A stretch of 33,933 nucleotides of DNA from Dehalococcoidia bacterium (GTDB taxonomy: Bacteria; Chloroflexota; Dehalococcoidia; Dehalococcoidales; RBG-16-60-22), in assembly GCA_030605045.1 (NCBI GenBank), contig JAUWBK010000001.1:1-33933 (forward strand), written 5' to 3'. Within the stretch, counting starts at the first letter, position 1; every line of letters starts with the position of its first letter. The position numbers were made by a program, and so were the translations under genes. Positions 33,556-33,933 of the stretch are shown piece after piece. The notes below the pieces were generated by a model. It was not told the DNA's origin, searched no databases, and was given only the letters and a program-made list of their open reading frames with translations.

Positions 33556-33933
33556 CTAATATTGCCGCCACTCTTCTGGCGGTACCGCCCAGTCGGGAAG
33601 CCCCCAAAGGTCACTCCACATTACTGCCCAGGCACGCATAGCGTGCAGGTATGTGGCGAAAGAGGGATACTCGGCGGCGATGCCGTCCATGACCTTATCG
33701 TATTCTTCTTTAAAGGGCCCTTCTATCTCCCTGGGGAGCTTTCCTACGATGTTTCCGTACTCTCTATATTGGTCCAGTGCCGTGGCTTCCATCGAGTGCA
33801 GATTCCTACCATACTCTACTGTTTCGGCGCGGGCGACCTCGCCGAAAAGCCCTTTGAGGTCATCGGGTAGCTCCTCCCACTTGCTTCGCTTCACCCCAAG
33901 AGCCTGTGCCTCGCTGGGGGCTCGGATGGGGGA
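33556..33933 (-). CDS. dctP: TRAP transporter substrate-binding protein, C-terminal part (5' end outside the window)
   Basis: The reading frame is open to the window edge (SPIRAPSEAQALGVKRSKWEELPDDLK...). Its position upstream of dctQM and the ...W..LP.DL... region fit DctP-type receptors. Confidence 0.65.
   Translation of the reverse strand, partial: SPIRAPSEAQALGVKRSKWEELPDDLKGLFGEVARAETVEYGRNLHSMEATALDQYREYGNIVGKLPREIEGPFKEEYDKVMDGIAAEYPSFATYLHAMRAWAVMWSDLWGLPDWAVPPEEWRQY

Noticed and set aside
1-33933. tRNA, rRNA, tmRNA or other canonical RNA genes
   Set aside because: I inspected all intergenic regions longer than 60 bp. None shows cloverleaf-compatible stems or conserved T-loop or anticodon-loop features.

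Overview
This is a 33.9-kb, gene-dense bacterial chromosomal window with strong AGGAGG-type ribosome binding sites. I recognised no rRNA, tRNA, CRISPR array, transposase or integrase. The gene content (many TRAP, enolase-superfamily, 2-hydroxyacid dehydrogenase and aminotransferase genes plus a tungsten-type aldehyde:ferredoxin oxidoreductase) suggests an anaerobic organic-acid degrader, possibly Chloroflexota-like. That taxonomic guess is a weak inference.

Layout:
(i) 1-4265: the tail of a TRAP permease gene, then cupin, RraA-like, a 52-codon phosphotriesterase-family remnant, DUF362, and a convergent M20 amidohydrolase.
(ii) 4326-5511: an AT-rich islet of about 1.17 kb bounded by an exact 12-bp direct repeat. 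It carries an unrecognised 162-aa ORF and a 71-aa HNH nuclease on back-to-back promoters, and apparently splits a former TPP-enzyme/M20 operon.
(iii) 5506-19681: a metabolic block. It contains a TPP enzyme, an isolated hisF coupled to a GltB-FMN-domain protein, AOR, a split UxaA/GarD-like dehydratase, a HEAT-repeat protein, an enolase-superfamily dehydratase, two tandem D-2-hydroxyacid dehydrogenases, an HpcH aldolase and a class III aminotransferase.
(iv) 19764-26667: the most unusual part. A CHASE4-type histidine kinase and an OmpR-family regulator are bracketed by three transcription units: a secreted 158-aa protein, a three-gene orphan pseudopilin operon, and a 128-aa membrane protein. Each unit is preceded by the same 11-bp-phased TTGTAAC(C) direct-repeat array, oriented toward its gene. 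I read this as a compact, self-contained signal-controlled cell-surface module of unknown function.
(v) 26838-33933: a Zn-ADH, a 111-aa ORF, a 630-aa membrane protein with three exact 95-aa tandem repeats, and a minus-strand dctP-dctQ-dctM-aminotransferase operon with an SD-sequestering hairpin between dctP and dctQ.

All functional calls rest on motifs read by eye. No database searches were run.
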